From Candidatus Saccharimonadota bacterium (GTDB lineage Bacteria; Patescibacteriota; Saccharimonadia; Saccharimonadales; Saccharimonadaceae), in contig DIRZ01000003.1 of NCBI GenBank assembly GCA_002421785.1, positions 120,001 through 152,000 of the forward strand: 32,000 nt of DNA. The letters are read 5' to 3'. The position numbers and the translations under genes were made by a program. Shown here one piece after another: positions 14,180 through 24,419 of this stretch. Every line of letters starts with the position of its first letter. Within the stretch, counting starts at the first letter, position 1. Under the pieces are notes generated by a model. It was given only the letters and a program-made list of their open reading frames with translations. It did no database searches and was not told the origin of the DNA.

Positions 14180-16213
14180 TTAGTTTAGCGTTGTTAGTCG
14201 CTGGTAATACTGCACCTGATCGTTCAACTCCTTGTATTGTACCAAATCATGACCGCTTTCAATAAATGTCTTTGCTGCTTGTTGGGCGCGCGCGATGAGC
14301 TTTGTATCTGCCAAGGTGGCGATTTGAAGATTCAAGGCTCCGTGCTGTGCCTTACCATAAATTTCACCTGGCCCACGTAGCTCCATGTCTACTTCAGCGA
14401 GGTAGAAGCCGTCGGTACTTTTTTCAATCTCCTCCAGCCGTCTCGACGGCTTATTGGTTGTACTGAGCATCAAATAACAATAGCTTTGGTGTTTGCCGCG
14501 ACCAACGCGTCCACGAAGCTGATGTAACTGGCTGAGCCCAAATTGATCAGCGTTTTCAATAATCATAACGGTGGCATTCGGTACATCTACGCCCACCTCC
14601 ACAACCGTCGTACTGACGAGTATGTCGTACTTGCCCGATTTAAAGTCCTGCATCACCTGATCTTTTTCGGATGGTTTCATTTTACCATGAAGTAACCCGA
14701 TTGAACGATGGCCGAATACGCTATTCTTCAATCGCTTATGCTCTGCTTGGACGCTCTTAATCTCATTGTCCGGGTTGTCATTAATAAGGCTGCAAACAAC
14801 GTAGACCTGGCGACCCGCCGAAATCTCCTGATCAATATGTCCGTAGATGGTTTTGGCGCTAATCGGCGATACAAGCTTCGTCTTAATGGGCATCCGGTTA
14901 GCGGGCAGTTCATTTAGCACACTAACATCAAGCTCACCATACACCGTTAACGCTAAACTGCGAGGAATCGGTGTGGCTGTCATTGCAAGCAAATGCGGTA
15001 AATGCTCGGATTTTGCAAGCAGCCGCTGTCGCTGATCTACTCCAAACCGGTGCTGCTCATCAATGACCACGAATCCGAGGCGTTTAAACGATACCTTATC
15101 TTGAATAAGCGCATGCGTTCCAACGACAACGTCAACCTCACCGTTCGCAATCTGCTCGTAGAGCGTCGCGCGCGCTTTGCCTTTAACGCTCCCTACCAGA
15201 AGGCCGACACGCACGCCGAATGGCGCAAGGAGTGTTTGGAGAGTTTCCGCGTGCTGGTTCGCCAAAATCTCGGTTGGTGCCATCAAAGCAGTCTGGAACC
15301 CTGCATCGGCGGCCTGGCGTGCCGCAAGTCCAGCAACGACCGTCTTACCGCTTCCCACGTCACCCTGAAGGAGGCGGTTCATAGGTACCGCACGCTCAAA
15401 ATCTTGCAAGATATCCCATGCCGCGCGACGCTGCGCACCAGTGAGCGTAAATGGTAGCTGCTCAACAAACTGCTTGACCACTGGCTGCTGAAATGGAATA
15501 TGCCACCCTTCCAGTTTCGAGTTCTCAAGCTTGTTAAGCTGGCTTGCCAACAGAAGTTCAAACAATTCTTCAAATGCCAGTCGTTCGCGCGCACGCGCTA
15601 CCTGTTCCATTGTTTCCGGAAAATGCATCGAGCCAACTGCATCTGCTCGGGTTATAAGATTCTCGGCAGCCACAACACTAGGTGGAAGTGTTTCTGGCAA
15701 TACACCCATGAGTGGTCGCAATGTTTCAAGTACCTTTCGCACCACTTGACTCTTCAACCCATGGATACTCCGATACACTGGCATTAGCCGTTCTGCTTGG
15801 ACCGGCAAATCACGTGCAAGCTCGGCACTCGGGTTTGTTAGTTGATACCGCCCGTAGTTATACTCGAATTCGCCGCTAAAATAGAATTCGTCATTACTCC
15901 CCCCTAGCTGCTGTGTACGGTACGGCTGATTAAACCATACCGCATTCAGTTTACCGCTTTCGTCAGTGAGCACGGCTGTCGTAAGTCTGAGACCACGGCG
16001 AACCGTCCGAGTGCTAATCTTTTCACACCGAGCCTTTATTGTTGCTTTTCCAGGTTGTATGTCAGCGATACTTACGACACCCGTAAAATCTTCGTGGCGA
16101 CGCGGCAAAAACATAATCAACTGCGCAACCGTTAATAGCCCGGCAGCACGCAGCTGGTCGGCCGTCTTTGGACCGACGCCTTTGATTTGCTCTACGCTTG
16201 TGGAAAGATTCAT
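14180..16213 (-). CDS. recG: ATP-dependent DNA helicase RecG
   Basis: 677 aa. It has an N-terminal wedge/OB region, helicase motifs GDVGSGKTVVA and DEQHRFG, and the C-terminal RGRVGRG. Confidence 0.92.
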   Translation of the reverse strand: MNLSTSVEQIKGVGPKTADQLRAAGLLTVAQLIMFLPRRHEDFTGVVSIADIQPGKATIKARCEKISTRTVRRGLRLTTAVLTDESGKLNAVWFNQPYRTQQLGGSNDEFYFSGEFEYNYGRYQLTNPSAELARDLPVQAERLMPVYRSIHGLKSQVVRKVLETLRPLMGVLPETLPPSVVAAENLITRADAVGSMHFPETMEQVARARERLAFEELFELLLASQLNKLENSKLEGWHIPFQQPVVKQFVEQLPFTLTGAQRRAAWDILQDFERAVPMNRLLQGDVGSGKTVVAGLAARQAADAGFQTALMAPTEILANQHAETLQTLLAPFGVRVGLLVGSVKGKARATLYEQIANGEVDVVVGTHALIQDKVSFKRLGFVVIDEQHRFGVDQRQRLLAKSEHLPHLLAMTATPIPRSLALTVYGELDVSVLNELPANRMPIKTKLVSPISAKTIYGHIDQEISAGRQVYVVCSLINDNPDNEIKSVQAEHKRLKNSVFGHRSIGLLHGKMKPSEKDQVMQDFKSGKYDILVSTTVVEVGVDVPNATVMIIENADQFGLSQLHQLRGRVGRGKHQSYCYLMLSTTNKPSRRLEEIEKSTDGFYLAEVDMELRGPGEIYGKAQHGALNLQIATLADTKLIARAQQAAKTFIESGHDLVQYKELNDQVQYYQRLTTLN

Positions 16214-16232
16214 TTGGCAAGGCCTCTGGCGG

Positions 16233-16991
16233 CTACTTGCTTACGCCCAGGACGCCATCAAGTGCATATGCTGTGGTTTCCCAGCCCTCAACTGCGATTG
16301 AATCGATACCCATCGCCCGTACAGGGAAGTCGTTGCCACCTTCTTGAAGCTTATCGCCGAAAAACAGAATCTCATCCTTACTGATATCAATCGCTTCGAT
16401 TAGCTTTTGCATGCCATACGCCTTGTCAATCCCAGGCAATGTAATGTCCGTGCTTGTCGTGCCGCCAATGCGAACTTCGAGGTCAGGCAAGAGCTCCGCC
16501 ACTTTATCGCGATAAACTGGACGCACGTCTTTATACTTTTCCGCCCAGGCGTATTTATCTTCCGGGGTTGCCTGTTGACCAAGCGCAGACATCGTTATCT
16601 GACTAAATCGGTCCTCAATGATTTCGCCCGCAGGGTTGTCACACCAAATCCCCATATCTTTAGCGACTGTCTCGAGTACTTTTACTATTTTTTGCTTCTG
16701 CTCTTTTGTAAGGTCTTCAGCGTATTGCATCACCCACTTGTGATCCAGCTCATCATAGCGGTAGTAGCGAGTTCCACATGTCGGCATGAGGTGCAGCTTG
16801 CCAAGCAAGTGCTCCGGCACCTCGAGTCGCTTGACCACTTGTTTCTCAATCTGTTCAAATCGGCCGCCCGTAATGACACATACGTCATATTTTTCTAGTA
16901 GTCGCCCGAGCAGTACACTCATTCGGTCAGATATTTCAGATTTTGTGATAGCAAGTGTGTCGTCGAGGTCAAATGCAATAAGTTTCTTCAT
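16233..16991 (-). CDS. HAD-superfamily hydrolase, subfamily IIB (phosphomannomutase-like)
   Basis: 252 aa beginning MKKLIAFDLDDTLA (DxDxT), with a cap domain and a C-terminal GDKLQEGGND. Confidence 0.75.
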   Translation of the reverse strand: MKKLIAFDLDDTLAITKSEISDRMSVLLGRLLEKYDVCVITGGRFEQIEKQVVKRLEVPEHLLGKLHLMPTCGTRYYRYDELDHKWVMQYAEDLTKEQKQKIVKVLETVAKDMGIWCDNPAGEIIEDRFSQITMSALGQQATPEDKYAWAEKYKDVRPVYRDKVAELLPDLEVRIGGTTSTDITLPGIDKAYGMQKLIEAIDISKDEILFFGDKLQEGGNDFPVRAMGIDSIAVEGWETTAYALDGVLGVSK

Positions 16992-17043
16992 ACACTCTAG
17001 TATACATCAGCTCGGCAATACTGCGACAACACCTTTAGTGGCG

Positions 17044-18258
17044 CTAGGCCCGGACCAGCACAAAGACGTTTTTACCTTTTTTCAGTAAACTTGTTGTGGC
17101 AACTTCCCTGTCTTCGATCACTTTTTCGCCATCAAGGCTCACCGCACCGCCCTGGATCAATCGCCGTGCGTCGCCGTTACTGGCGGCTGCACCTGCGGCT
17201 ACCAATGCGCTAACAATTCCCTGAGCGGGCACCGTTGGAATTTCAGCCGCTAGGGCATCCAAGTCATCGCTCGAAAGATCATTCAACTTACCACCGCCAA
17301 ACAAAACGCCCGTCACTCGCTCCACTGATTCACGACGCTCGCGCCCGTGCACCAGCTCGGTTACTTCGCGCGCAAGGGTTTTCTGAAGTGTACGCTCACC
17401 AGGATTGACCTGGTGATTTGATATGATGCTTTCGATTGTTTCGCGGTCAAGAAGTGTGTATACCTTGATAAGGTCTTCGCTCGTCTCGTCATCGCAGTTG
17501 AGCCAAAACTGGTAAAACTTATACGGGCTGGTTTTGTCTGGGTCTAACCATACCGCGCCTGCTTCACTTTTACCAAATTTCACACCTGTTGCTTTGTTAA
17601 TGATAAGCGGCGTTGTAAAGACATGTGTCTCTGCACCTTCAAGTTTACGAATCAGCGATACACCCGCAACGCTGTTTCCCCACTGGTCAGCACCAGCCAC
17701 TTGCAACGTCGCACCCTTTTCCCGATACAGGTGCAGAAAGTCGTAACCCTGTATAAGTGCGTAGCTAAATTCTGCGTAACTAATTCCATCGCCACCCTCT
17801 CCAATCCGACTTTGGATGAATTCTCGGTCAAGCAGCTGTGTCATACTCATGTGTTTTCCAACTTCACGCAGGAACTGTAGGTACCCTATTTCTTTAAACC
17901 AATCGTAGTTGTTTACAATCTCAAACTGCTGATCGGTAAATATATTTTTGTATTGCGTCACGATTCCTTCAACATTCTTTGCGATCTCTTCAGGCGTCTT
18001 TAGGTCCCGCTCTTGCTTCTTGCCGTCTGGGTCACCGATCATTCCGGTCGCACCGCCCGCTAGCAAGATTGCCTTATGGCCGTGATTCATAAAGTGACGA
18101 ATCATCATTGCCGGTGCCAAGTGACCAATCGTCATGCTGTCAGCGCTTGGATCGACACCCCAATAGAAAGTACGAGTCTCTTTATCGAGGTCAGTAATAT
18201 CGGCAAAGGTCATCTGATTGACAAAACCGCGCCACGCTAGTTCTTCTGATAGCGTCAT
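17044..18258 (-). CDS. tyrS: Tyrosine--tRNA ligase
   Basis: ORF 17044..18345 trimmed to ATG 18258, which has AAGGAGAG upstream. It has the HIGH-type motif DPSADSMTIGHL, the KMSKS-type KFGKS, and a C-terminal S4-like domain. Confidence 0.92.
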   Translation of the reverse strand: MTLSEELAWRGFVNQMTFADITDLDKETRTFYWGVDPSADSMTIGHLAPAMMIRHFMNHGHKAILLAGGATGMIGDPDGKKQERDLKTPEEIAKNVEGIVTQYKNIFTDQQFEIVNNYDWFKEIGYLQFLREVGKHMSMTQLLDREFIQSRIGEGGDGISYAEFSYALIQGYDFLHLYREKGATLQVAGADQWGNSVAGVSLIRKLEGAETHVFTTPLIINKATGVKFGKSEAGAVWLDPDKTSPYKFYQFWLNCDDETSEDLIKVYTLLDRETIESIISNHQVNPGERTLQKTLAREVTELVHGRERRESVERVTGVLFGGGKLNDLSSDDLDALAAEIPTVPAQGIVSALVAAGAAASNGDARRLIQGGAVSLDGEKVIEDREVATTSLLKKGKNVFVLVRA

Positions 18259-18370
18259 ATGAAACTCTCCTTTCCGTTTCTTACGATAATCGTAGCATAC
18301 ATTTTGCATCCTCGCATCCACGGTTAGGTGGTATAATGAAGACAATATTGCTTATGGGAAGTGAACAAAA

Positions 18371-20992
18371 GTGGTAAAAAAGAAGAAGCCAACACGTAGC
18401 GTCAGCGTGTACTCCAACCTAGTGACCAAACGGCGCACCAAAAAGGACGCCAAAGCTCGTAAAAAAGCCGAATACTTAGCAACGCTTCCAAAGCATCCGA
18501 TAAAACGTATTCTGCACCGTCTCCACCCAAAACGTGTTGCCGCTTTCTGGTTTAGTAAACAGGGCCTACTTACGCTCCTAAAGGGCGTTGGTGTCCTCTC
18601 TCTTATCGTGCTCCTTCTTGGTTTCGCACTATTTTCTTACTATCGCAAAGATCTCGATGCAATTCGTCCCGGCACACTCGCGCAGCGCGTCAAAACCACT
18701 GTTACTACCTACTATGACCGTAACGACAAGCTGCTCTGGGAAGACAAGGGTGACGGCGACTACACGCTTGTTGTTGATGGCGACAAAATTTCACCTTACA
18801 TGAAGCAAGCTACTGTCGCCATTGAAGATAAAGAGTTTTATCAGCACGCAGGAATTAGCATCAATGGCATCACGCGCGCAGTACTAAGCAACGCGCAGGG
18901 CAACAACACCCAGGGCGGCTCAACACTTACCCAGCAGCTCGTAAAACAAGTTTTCTTCCCGCCAGACCAAGCTCAGGAACGTGGGCTCGCCGGTATCCCG
19001 CGCAAAATCAAAGAAATGATTCTCGCGGTCGAGGTTGAACGCATGTATAGCAAAGAGCAAATTATTAACCTGTACCTCAACGAATCCCCCTACGGTGGAC
19101 GTCGTAATGGGGTCGAATCGGCAGCACAGACCTACTTTGGTAAGACCGCCAAAGATCTTACCCTCGCGGAATCAGCGCTACTTGCAGCGATCCCTAATCA
19201 GCCTGGCCTCTATGACCCATACAATGTCGAGGGTCACGATGCGCTCATTCAGCGACAGCATAAAACGCTCGACAACATGGTGGACTTAAAGTACATCACA
19301 ATAACCCAAGCAGAAGAAGCAAAAAAAATAGCGGTTCTTGATACTGTCCATCCGCTCGCCGACCAGCTGACTGGAATCAAGGCCCCTCACTTCGTCTTGA
19401 TGGTCAGAACTCAGCTCGAAAAATCACTCGGCAAAACGGTTGTTGGCAACGGTGGGCTAAAAGTTAAGACCACGCTTGACCTCGATGTCCAGAATAAGCT
19501 GGAAGAACAAATGGCCGCTATGTTTAATTCAACGTGGCCAGGCTACGCCGGCTTTACAAATGGCGCCGCCGTCGTGGAAGACGTAAAGACGGGGCAAATT
19601 ATCGGACTCATGGGCAGTCGAGACTACACATATGCCGGTTTCGGCCAAGATAATGCAACGACAGGCTTTATTCAGCCCGGTTCATCCGTTAAGCCACTCG
19701 TATACGCACAGCTTTTCCAAAACCAGGGTGAAGGAAACGCAAACTACGGTAGCGGCTCAGTGCTCGCTGATACGGCTACTACCTTCGAAGGTGGCTACAA
19801 ACCACAAAATGCCGACGGTGGATTTAAGGGCAATATCAATCTTCGTAAAGCACTGGATATGTCTCGCAATATACCCGCTATCAAGGCGATGGCGATCAAC
19901 GAACGCAACGCCCCTGGTAGCACCTGGAAGACAATCCGGGATATGGGCAACACCTATTACTGTACCCAGGGACCAGACGCACAGGCGGGCTTGTCCAGCG
20001 CCATCGGTGGCTGTGGTGCGCGCATGATTGACCATGCTAACTCGCTTGCCTCGCTTGGGCGCATGGGGGTATATATGCCTAGCTCAACGGTTCTCGAAGT
20101 CAAGAGCAGTACTGGTGAAGTGCTCCAAAAGTACAAAGCAGAGTCCAAACAAGTGATCGATCCTCAGGCTGCATACATCGTGAATGATATCCTTGGGGAT
20201 GGTGCTTCGCGGAATCTATTGTTCGGTCGAACCATTGTGCCGCAAACCGAAAGTGCGGGCTATAAGATTGCCGTTAAAACAGGTACCTCCGATATTAACA
20301 AGCAACCAAAGGACATATGGACTATCGGCTACACTGCTCAGGTTGCAATGACGGTCTGGCTAGGAAACCCGGATACATCACCGCTTCGCAATGGTAACTC
20401 ATCTATTCCCGCACGGGTACTTGACCCTGTCATGGCATTCACCCTTGACCGATACAAAGCAGCTGGCGCAGACATGTCGTGGTTTGCGGCGCCCGCCGGC
20501 ATTCAGCGTATCGGTGGTGAAGTCTATCCATCGTACTATAACAAAGCAGCTGGCGTTACCAACGATAAAATGATGTTCGATCGTGTGTCTAAGAAAAAGG
20601 CTACAACTTGTACCCCAACGGGCGCACAAATCGAACTAGGGGTGACTAAAACAGTCGATCCATATACCAAGAAAGAGGTCATTGTCGCCCCTGACGGATA
20701 CGACGCAACTAAAGATGACGACGCACACCTTTGCACAGACGGAACACCCACAATTACCCTCACCATCGACAATGCTACAGATAAAGCAACCGTGGTGTAC
20801 GGCCAAGGTAAATACCAGCTTCAATCTATTGAAATCCGCGACTCAACCGGCAAGCTCATCGATAGTCGACAGGTTACAAACGGTGGCACGTGGACTGGAA
20901 TCCCGCTTTCTGGCGCTGCAACTGGGACAATAACTGCGACGATTACCGACACAGCCTACTACACCGAAAGCGATAGCGGCGCCTACAGCTGA
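18371..20992 (+). CDS. Class A penicillin-binding protein (transglycosylase/transpeptidase, PBP1A-type)
   Basis: 873 aa with a GTG start. It has a K-rich cytoplasmic tail and a TM helix, GT51 motifs EDKEFYQHAGI and GGSTLTQQ, and transpeptidase motifs SSVKP, SRN and KTGT. There is a Thr-rich C-terminal extension. Confidence 0.9.
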   Translation: MVKKKKPTRSVSVYSNLVTKRRTKKDAKARKKAEYLATLPKHPIKRILHRLHPKRVAAFWFSKQGLLTLLKGVGVLSLIVLLLGFALFSYYRKDLDAIRPGTLAQRVKTTVTTYYDRNDKLLWEDKGDGDYTLVVDGDKISPYMKQATVAIEDKEFYQHAGISINGITRAVLSNAQGNNTQGGSTLTQQLVKQVFFPPDQAQERGLAGIPRKIKEMILAVEVERMYSKEQIINLYLNESPYGGRRNGVESAAQTYFGKTAKDLTLAESALLAAIPNQPGLYDPYNVEGHDALIQRQHKTLDNMVDLKYITITQAEEAKKIAVLDTVHPLADQLTGIKAPHFVLMVRTQLEKSLGKTVVGNGGLKVKTTLDLDVQNKLEEQMAAMFNSTWPGYAGFTNGAAVVEDVKTGQIIGLMGSRDYTYAGFGQDNATTGFIQPGSSVKPLVYAQLFQNQGEGNANYGSGSVLADTATTFEGGYKPQNADGGFKGNINLRKALDMSRNIPAIKAMAINERNAPGSTWKTIRDMGNTYYCTQGPDAQAGLSSAIGGCGARMIDHANSLASLGRMGVYMPSSTVLEVKSSTGEVLQKYKAESKQVIDPQAAYIVNDILGDGASRNLLFGRTIVPQTESAGYKIAVKTGTSDINKQPKDIWTIGYTAQVAMTVWLGNPDTSPLRNGNSSIPARVLDPVMAFTLDRYKAAGADMSWFAAPAGIQRIGGEVYPSYYNKAAGVTNDKMMFDRVSKKKATTCTPTGAQIELGVTKTVDPYTKKEVIVAPDGYDATKDDDAHLCTDGTPTITLTIDNATDKATVVYGQGKYQLQSIEIRDSTGKLIDSRQVTNGGTWTGIPLSGAATGTITATITDTAYYTESDSGAYS

Positions 20993-21026
20993 AGTGCTGG
21001 CGGCCCGTCGGGCAGGAAACGGAACT

Positions 21027-21059
21027 AAAAACACCCGCTCGTTACAGAGCGGGTGTTTT
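21027..21059. terminator. Bidirectional terminator between convergent PBP and PIN/TRAM genes
   Basis: AAAACACCCGCTC-gttaca-GAGCGGGTGTTTT is a 13-bp perfect stem flanked by A and T runs. Confidence 0.8.
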
Positions 21060-21063
21060 ATAC

Positions 21064-22023
21064 TTACTGATTTTGAATTGACTCAATTAGCGACGACTCG
21101 TGATCTTTGCGTCGCTGACGGTACTGCTGCTTCTGCTGCTGCGGACGCCGAGGAGCTGCATAGGACCGTTGACTGTTTTCAGCGCGTGGGGTCGCAGGCA
21201 CAGGCGCGGCGGGCTGTTTCGATGGAGCGGTACGTTCATCTTGTTTTGGTTGTCGAGGTTGACGACCGGCCGATTTGGCTTTTTGCGCAGCTTGCAGGGG
21301 CGGCTTTGCCATCTTTGCAACAGGCTTAGCATCGACTCGCTTCGCAAACATCATCTTTCCGGCTGCCGTTTGAAGGCTACGGATAATTTCCACATGGGCC
21401 TGTTGGCCTATCAGCTGGCTGCTCTGCTCCACAACGACCATCGTGCCATCGGGTAGGTAGGCGACACCCTGGTGGCTATCCTGGCCCTTCTGGACTATCT
21501 CAAGCACCATTTGGTCACCAGGTAGGTGGGCCATTCGAATAGACTGCGCGAGTTCATTGATATTAAGGACTTTAATCCCCTCAACAACCGCAACCTTATT
21601 CAGATTATAGTCTATCGTGCAAATGCTCGCTGAGTACTGTTTCGCGAGGCTAAGGAGCCGCTCGTCTACGCCTTCATCCGCTTTGCTTCCGTCTTGCAGC
21701 AGCTCCACGACGACTCCTGGCATGTGCTGTAGCTCGGTGACAACATCAAGCCCGCGACGTGCGCGTGCTCGCTTGTCTGCATCCGCATTATCAGCGAGAA
21801 ACTGCAGTTCGCCCACTACGCTTCGAGGGATTACGAGTGTCCCGCCAATAAAGCCTGTCGCAGCAATTCCAGTAATTCGTCCGTCCATTAGTACGGAGGT
21901 GTCAACCAGTACGGCGTTCCCCTTCGCTTTCATGGTCGTTTTCGGCAGCTTTGCGAGAAGGAAGCTTACCTCGCCCAAAATAAGCAGCGTGACTGCAAGT
22001 AATACTATATCTTTTGTATCCAT
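21064..22023 (-). CDS. PIN/TRAM domain protein (YacL-like) with Q/P/K-rich tail
   Basis: 319 aa. It has an N-terminal TM, a PIN-like region (LVDTSVLMDGRI...), a TRAM-like beta region and a low-complexity tail. Its position just downstream of radA matches Gram-positive yacL. Confidence 0.7.
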   Translation of the reverse strand: MDTKDIVLLAVTLLILGEVSFLLAKLPKTTMKAKGNAVLVDTSVLMDGRITGIAATGFIGGTLVIPRSVVGELQFLADNADADKRARARRGLDVVTELQHMPGVVVELLQDGSKADEGVDERLLSLAKQYSASICTIDYNLNKVAVVEGIKVLNINELAQSIRMAHLPGDQMVLEIVQKGQDSHQGVAYLPDGTMVVVEQSSQLIGQQAHVEIIRSLQTAAGKMMFAKRVDAKPVAKMAKPPLQAAQKAKSAGRQPRQPKQDERTAPSKQPAAPVPATPRAENSQRSYAAPRRPQQQKQQYRQRRKDHESSLIESIQNQ

Positions 22024-22032
22024 ATGTTCTTT

Positions 22033-23403
22033 CTACGACTCGTCCTTAAGATAGTCGATTAGTGCTTGGCGTAGATCTCGTACGCCTTTTATAAATGATT
22101 TCGCGCTCCCATTTGCTGTTGTGTGGGGAGCTATGGCTTTTGTGAAGCCGAGTTTCTGCGCTTCAGCGATACGCTTGTCCGCAAGTTGAGCGCTGCGAAT
22201 TTCGCCACCAAGCCCGACCTCGCCAAAAACAACAAGCCCGTCATCTAGACGACGTCCAGCTGCGGCGCTGGCGATTGCCATTGCGACAGCAAGATCGGCA
22301 GCAGGATCCTGTAGTTTCAAGCCGCCCACAACGTTTATATAGACATCTTTGTCAGATAAATTCAGTTTAGTGCGTTTCTCTAGTACTGCGATGAGTAGAT
22401 TGAGGCGATTCAAATCGAATCCGCTTGCCGTTCTTTTAGGATACCCGAAATTTGTAGAATTGACAAGCGCCTGAATTTCTACCAAAATAGGTCGGTTTCC
22501 TTCTAGTGTCGCAAGCACAACAGAGCCATCGGCATTTTGTCGTTCAGCAAGGAGTGCTGCTGATGGGTTCTCGACCACAACAAGCCCCGTCTCTTTCATT
22601 TCGAATATGGCAGCCTCACTCGTGCTACCGAAACGGTTTTTCACTGCTCGAACGACTTTAAATCCACCATATCGGTCGCCTTCAAACTGCAGCACAACAT
22701 CCACTAGGTGTTCTAACACTTTCGGCCCAGCAATTGAACCCTCTTTCGTTACGTGCCCCACCAAGATAACTGCAGCGCCGCTTTCTTTGGCCGCGCGAAT
22801 AATCACATTGCTACTATTCGTAATTTGACTAAATGTGCCTGGCGCACTAGTAATCTCGTCAAGGCTTAGTGTCTGTATGCTATCGATAATAACCAGCTTG
22901 TACTTCCCACTTCGAATGGTTGCAGCAATGTCATCGGCGCTCGTGCTTGCAATGAATGCCAAATCGTCACCCGCATCGGCGCCAAGGCGTGTTGCGCGCA
23001 GCTTCACCTGACTCGCGGATTCTTCACCGCTTGCGTACAGCACCGGCTGTGAAGCGGCAATGTTGCTGGCAACTTGAAGTAACAAGGTGCTTTTACCAAT
23101 ACCAGGCTGTCCAGCTAGTAGCACCACTCCTCCGGGCAGTATGCCTCCGCCTAGCACTACGTCGAGATCAGCAATCGCGGTTGACATACGCACAATAGAA
23201 TCTTCAGCGCTAATACTGCGCATCGCCTGTGGCTGCAGCACTTTGCCACTATGCGCACCCCGGGCCACCGCCGAGTTACCACTTGCCTGCGTGGCCTGCT
23301 CTACGAGCGTATTCCACTCGCCACAGTTATCACACTTTCCCACCCATTTAGGATAGCTTGCGCCACAGTTTTGACAGACAAATTGTGATCGCGCTTTTGC
23401 CAC
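22033..23403 (-). CDS. radA: DNA repair protein RadA
   Basis: 456 aa with the zinc finger CQNCGASYPKWVGKCDNCGEWNT, Walker A GQPGIGKST, the KNRFG motif and a Lon-like C-terminal domain. Confidence 0.93.
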   Translation of the reverse strand: MAKARSQFVCQNCGASYPKWVGKCDNCGEWNTLVEQATQASGNSAVARGAHSGKVLQPQAMRSISAEDSIVRMSTAIADLDVVLGGGILPGGVVLLAGQPGIGKSTLLLQVASNIAASQPVLYASGEESASQVKLRATRLGADAGDDLAFIASTSADDIAATIRSGKYKLVIIDSIQTLSLDEITSAPGTFSQITNSSNVIIRAAKESGAAVILVGHVTKEGSIAGPKVLEHLVDVVLQFEGDRYGGFKVVRAVKNRFGSTSEAAIFEMKETGLVVVENPSAALLAERQNADGSVVLATLEGNRPILVEIQALVNSTNFGYPKRTASGFDLNRLNLLIAVLEKRTKLNLSDKDVYINVVGGLKLQDPAADLAVAMAIASAAAGRRLDDGLVVFGEVGLGGEIRSAQLADKRIAEAQKLGFTKAIAPHTTANGSAKSFIKGVRDLRQALIDYLKDES

Positions 23404-23405
23404 TA

Positions 23406-24419
23406 CTATAGCCCAGATGTGGCACTTGCGCCATTTATGCTTGCGTTTAGCTGATCAACCCTAATAGCAAGAGCATTAAGCTGCGCAATGAGGTCGTTGT
23501 AAGCAGCAACGCGTGAATTTACTGCTTGCTGGCGAGCATTCATGCTACTTAGCCTTGCGGTAAGCGCATTTCGCGCAACATTAAACGCCGACTGCGAGGT
23601 GAAGCCGCCCGACTGCGCCCGAGCGTTAAAGGTCTGTATGTCAAGCTCAAGCTGCTGCCTGTCTGCTTCATAGCTAGCAAGTTCTGCCTGGATGGCTGGA
23701 CCCTCGGACTCAATCTTGGCTTCTAGCTCGTCGGCTTGCTTATTCAGCTCGCCGAACACCGCGTTATACTTGGTATTAAGCGCAACAATCGCTGCTCGAT
23801 CTGAAAAGTACTGCGCGTAATACGACTCGAGCTCGGGGCTAATATCCGAAACGGTCGTACCGATAATCGAATGAAGCTCGTTGCTCTCTGCGCCAGGTTC
23901 ACTTTCGGCATAGTACTGCATAATTTGTTTCAGCGCAGCGTTTCCACGATTGCGTTGGAATTCTTCTTCAACAAGGTTGTCGACACGCTCACGCTCGATC
24001 CAGTTCAGCCGCTCGTATGCAGCATGCAACATTTCATGCGCAGCCGTCACTTCTAGTGTTCCATCAAGCTCTTTGTTCTGCACATCAAACAAATGTATGT
24101 CGCGCTTCCAATAGCAACCTAAGATTGCAGCGGTGCGTTCGGTGCTCTGACAGCTCGTGTTGAAGGTGTTTTTGTCCTCTACGCGCGGGTCACTGGCATA
24201 AAAAATATTATAGGCATGTGGTGTCAAATTTAGTCGCTCGGTGACAGCTGCCACCTGCGCACTTGGCGTGAACATACGCGCTTGCACCATATCAACCACT
24301 CGCTGCCCATAAAAGAGCGTTGCGTAAGCAACCGCGGCAATAACGATGAACGATATCGCTAAATGCGCAAAGCGATGATTAGCTGGTTTCGGCGCCTCGA
24401 GACTCGGTTCGTTGTTCAA
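23406..24419 (-). CDS. Membrane-anchored HExxH protein with C-terminal coiled coil
   Basis: 337 aa with a TTG start and AGGGGA upstream. It has a TM helix (FAHLAISFIVIAAVAYATLFY), the motif TAAHEMLHAAYE, and a long heptad-like tail. The start overlaps the clpC 3' end by 41 nt. Confidence 0.6.
   Translation of the reverse strand: MNNEPSLEAPKPANHRFAHLAISFIVIAAVAYATLFYGQRVVDMVQARMFTPSAQVAAVTERLNLTPHAYNIFYASDPRVEDKNTFNTSCQSTERTAAILGCYWKRDIHLFDVQNKELDGTLEVTAAHEMLHAAYERLNWIERERVDNLVEEEFQRNRGNAALKQIMQYYAESEPGAESNELHSIIGTTVSDISPELESYYAQYFSDRAAIVALNTKYNAVFGELNKQADELEAKIESEGPAIQAELASYEADRQQLELDIQTFNARAQSGGFTSQSAFNVARNALTARLSSMNARQQAVNSRVAAYNDLIAQLNALAIRVDQLNASINGASATSGL

Noticed and set aside
17044-18370. 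T-box leaders upstream of tyrS (and hisS at 2258..2340)
   Set aside because: The upstream regions are only about 110 and 85 nt and hold promoter or terminator elements. No specifier-loop or T-box sequence (AAnnnGGGTGGTACCGCG-like) is visible.
21064-21330. Locally GC-rich stretch that might have been a seventh islet
   Set aside because: It is the in-frame Q/P/K/R-rich low-complexity tail of the PIN/TRAM protein. There is no separate ORF, promoter or hairpin boundary, and composition drifts rather than switching abruptly.
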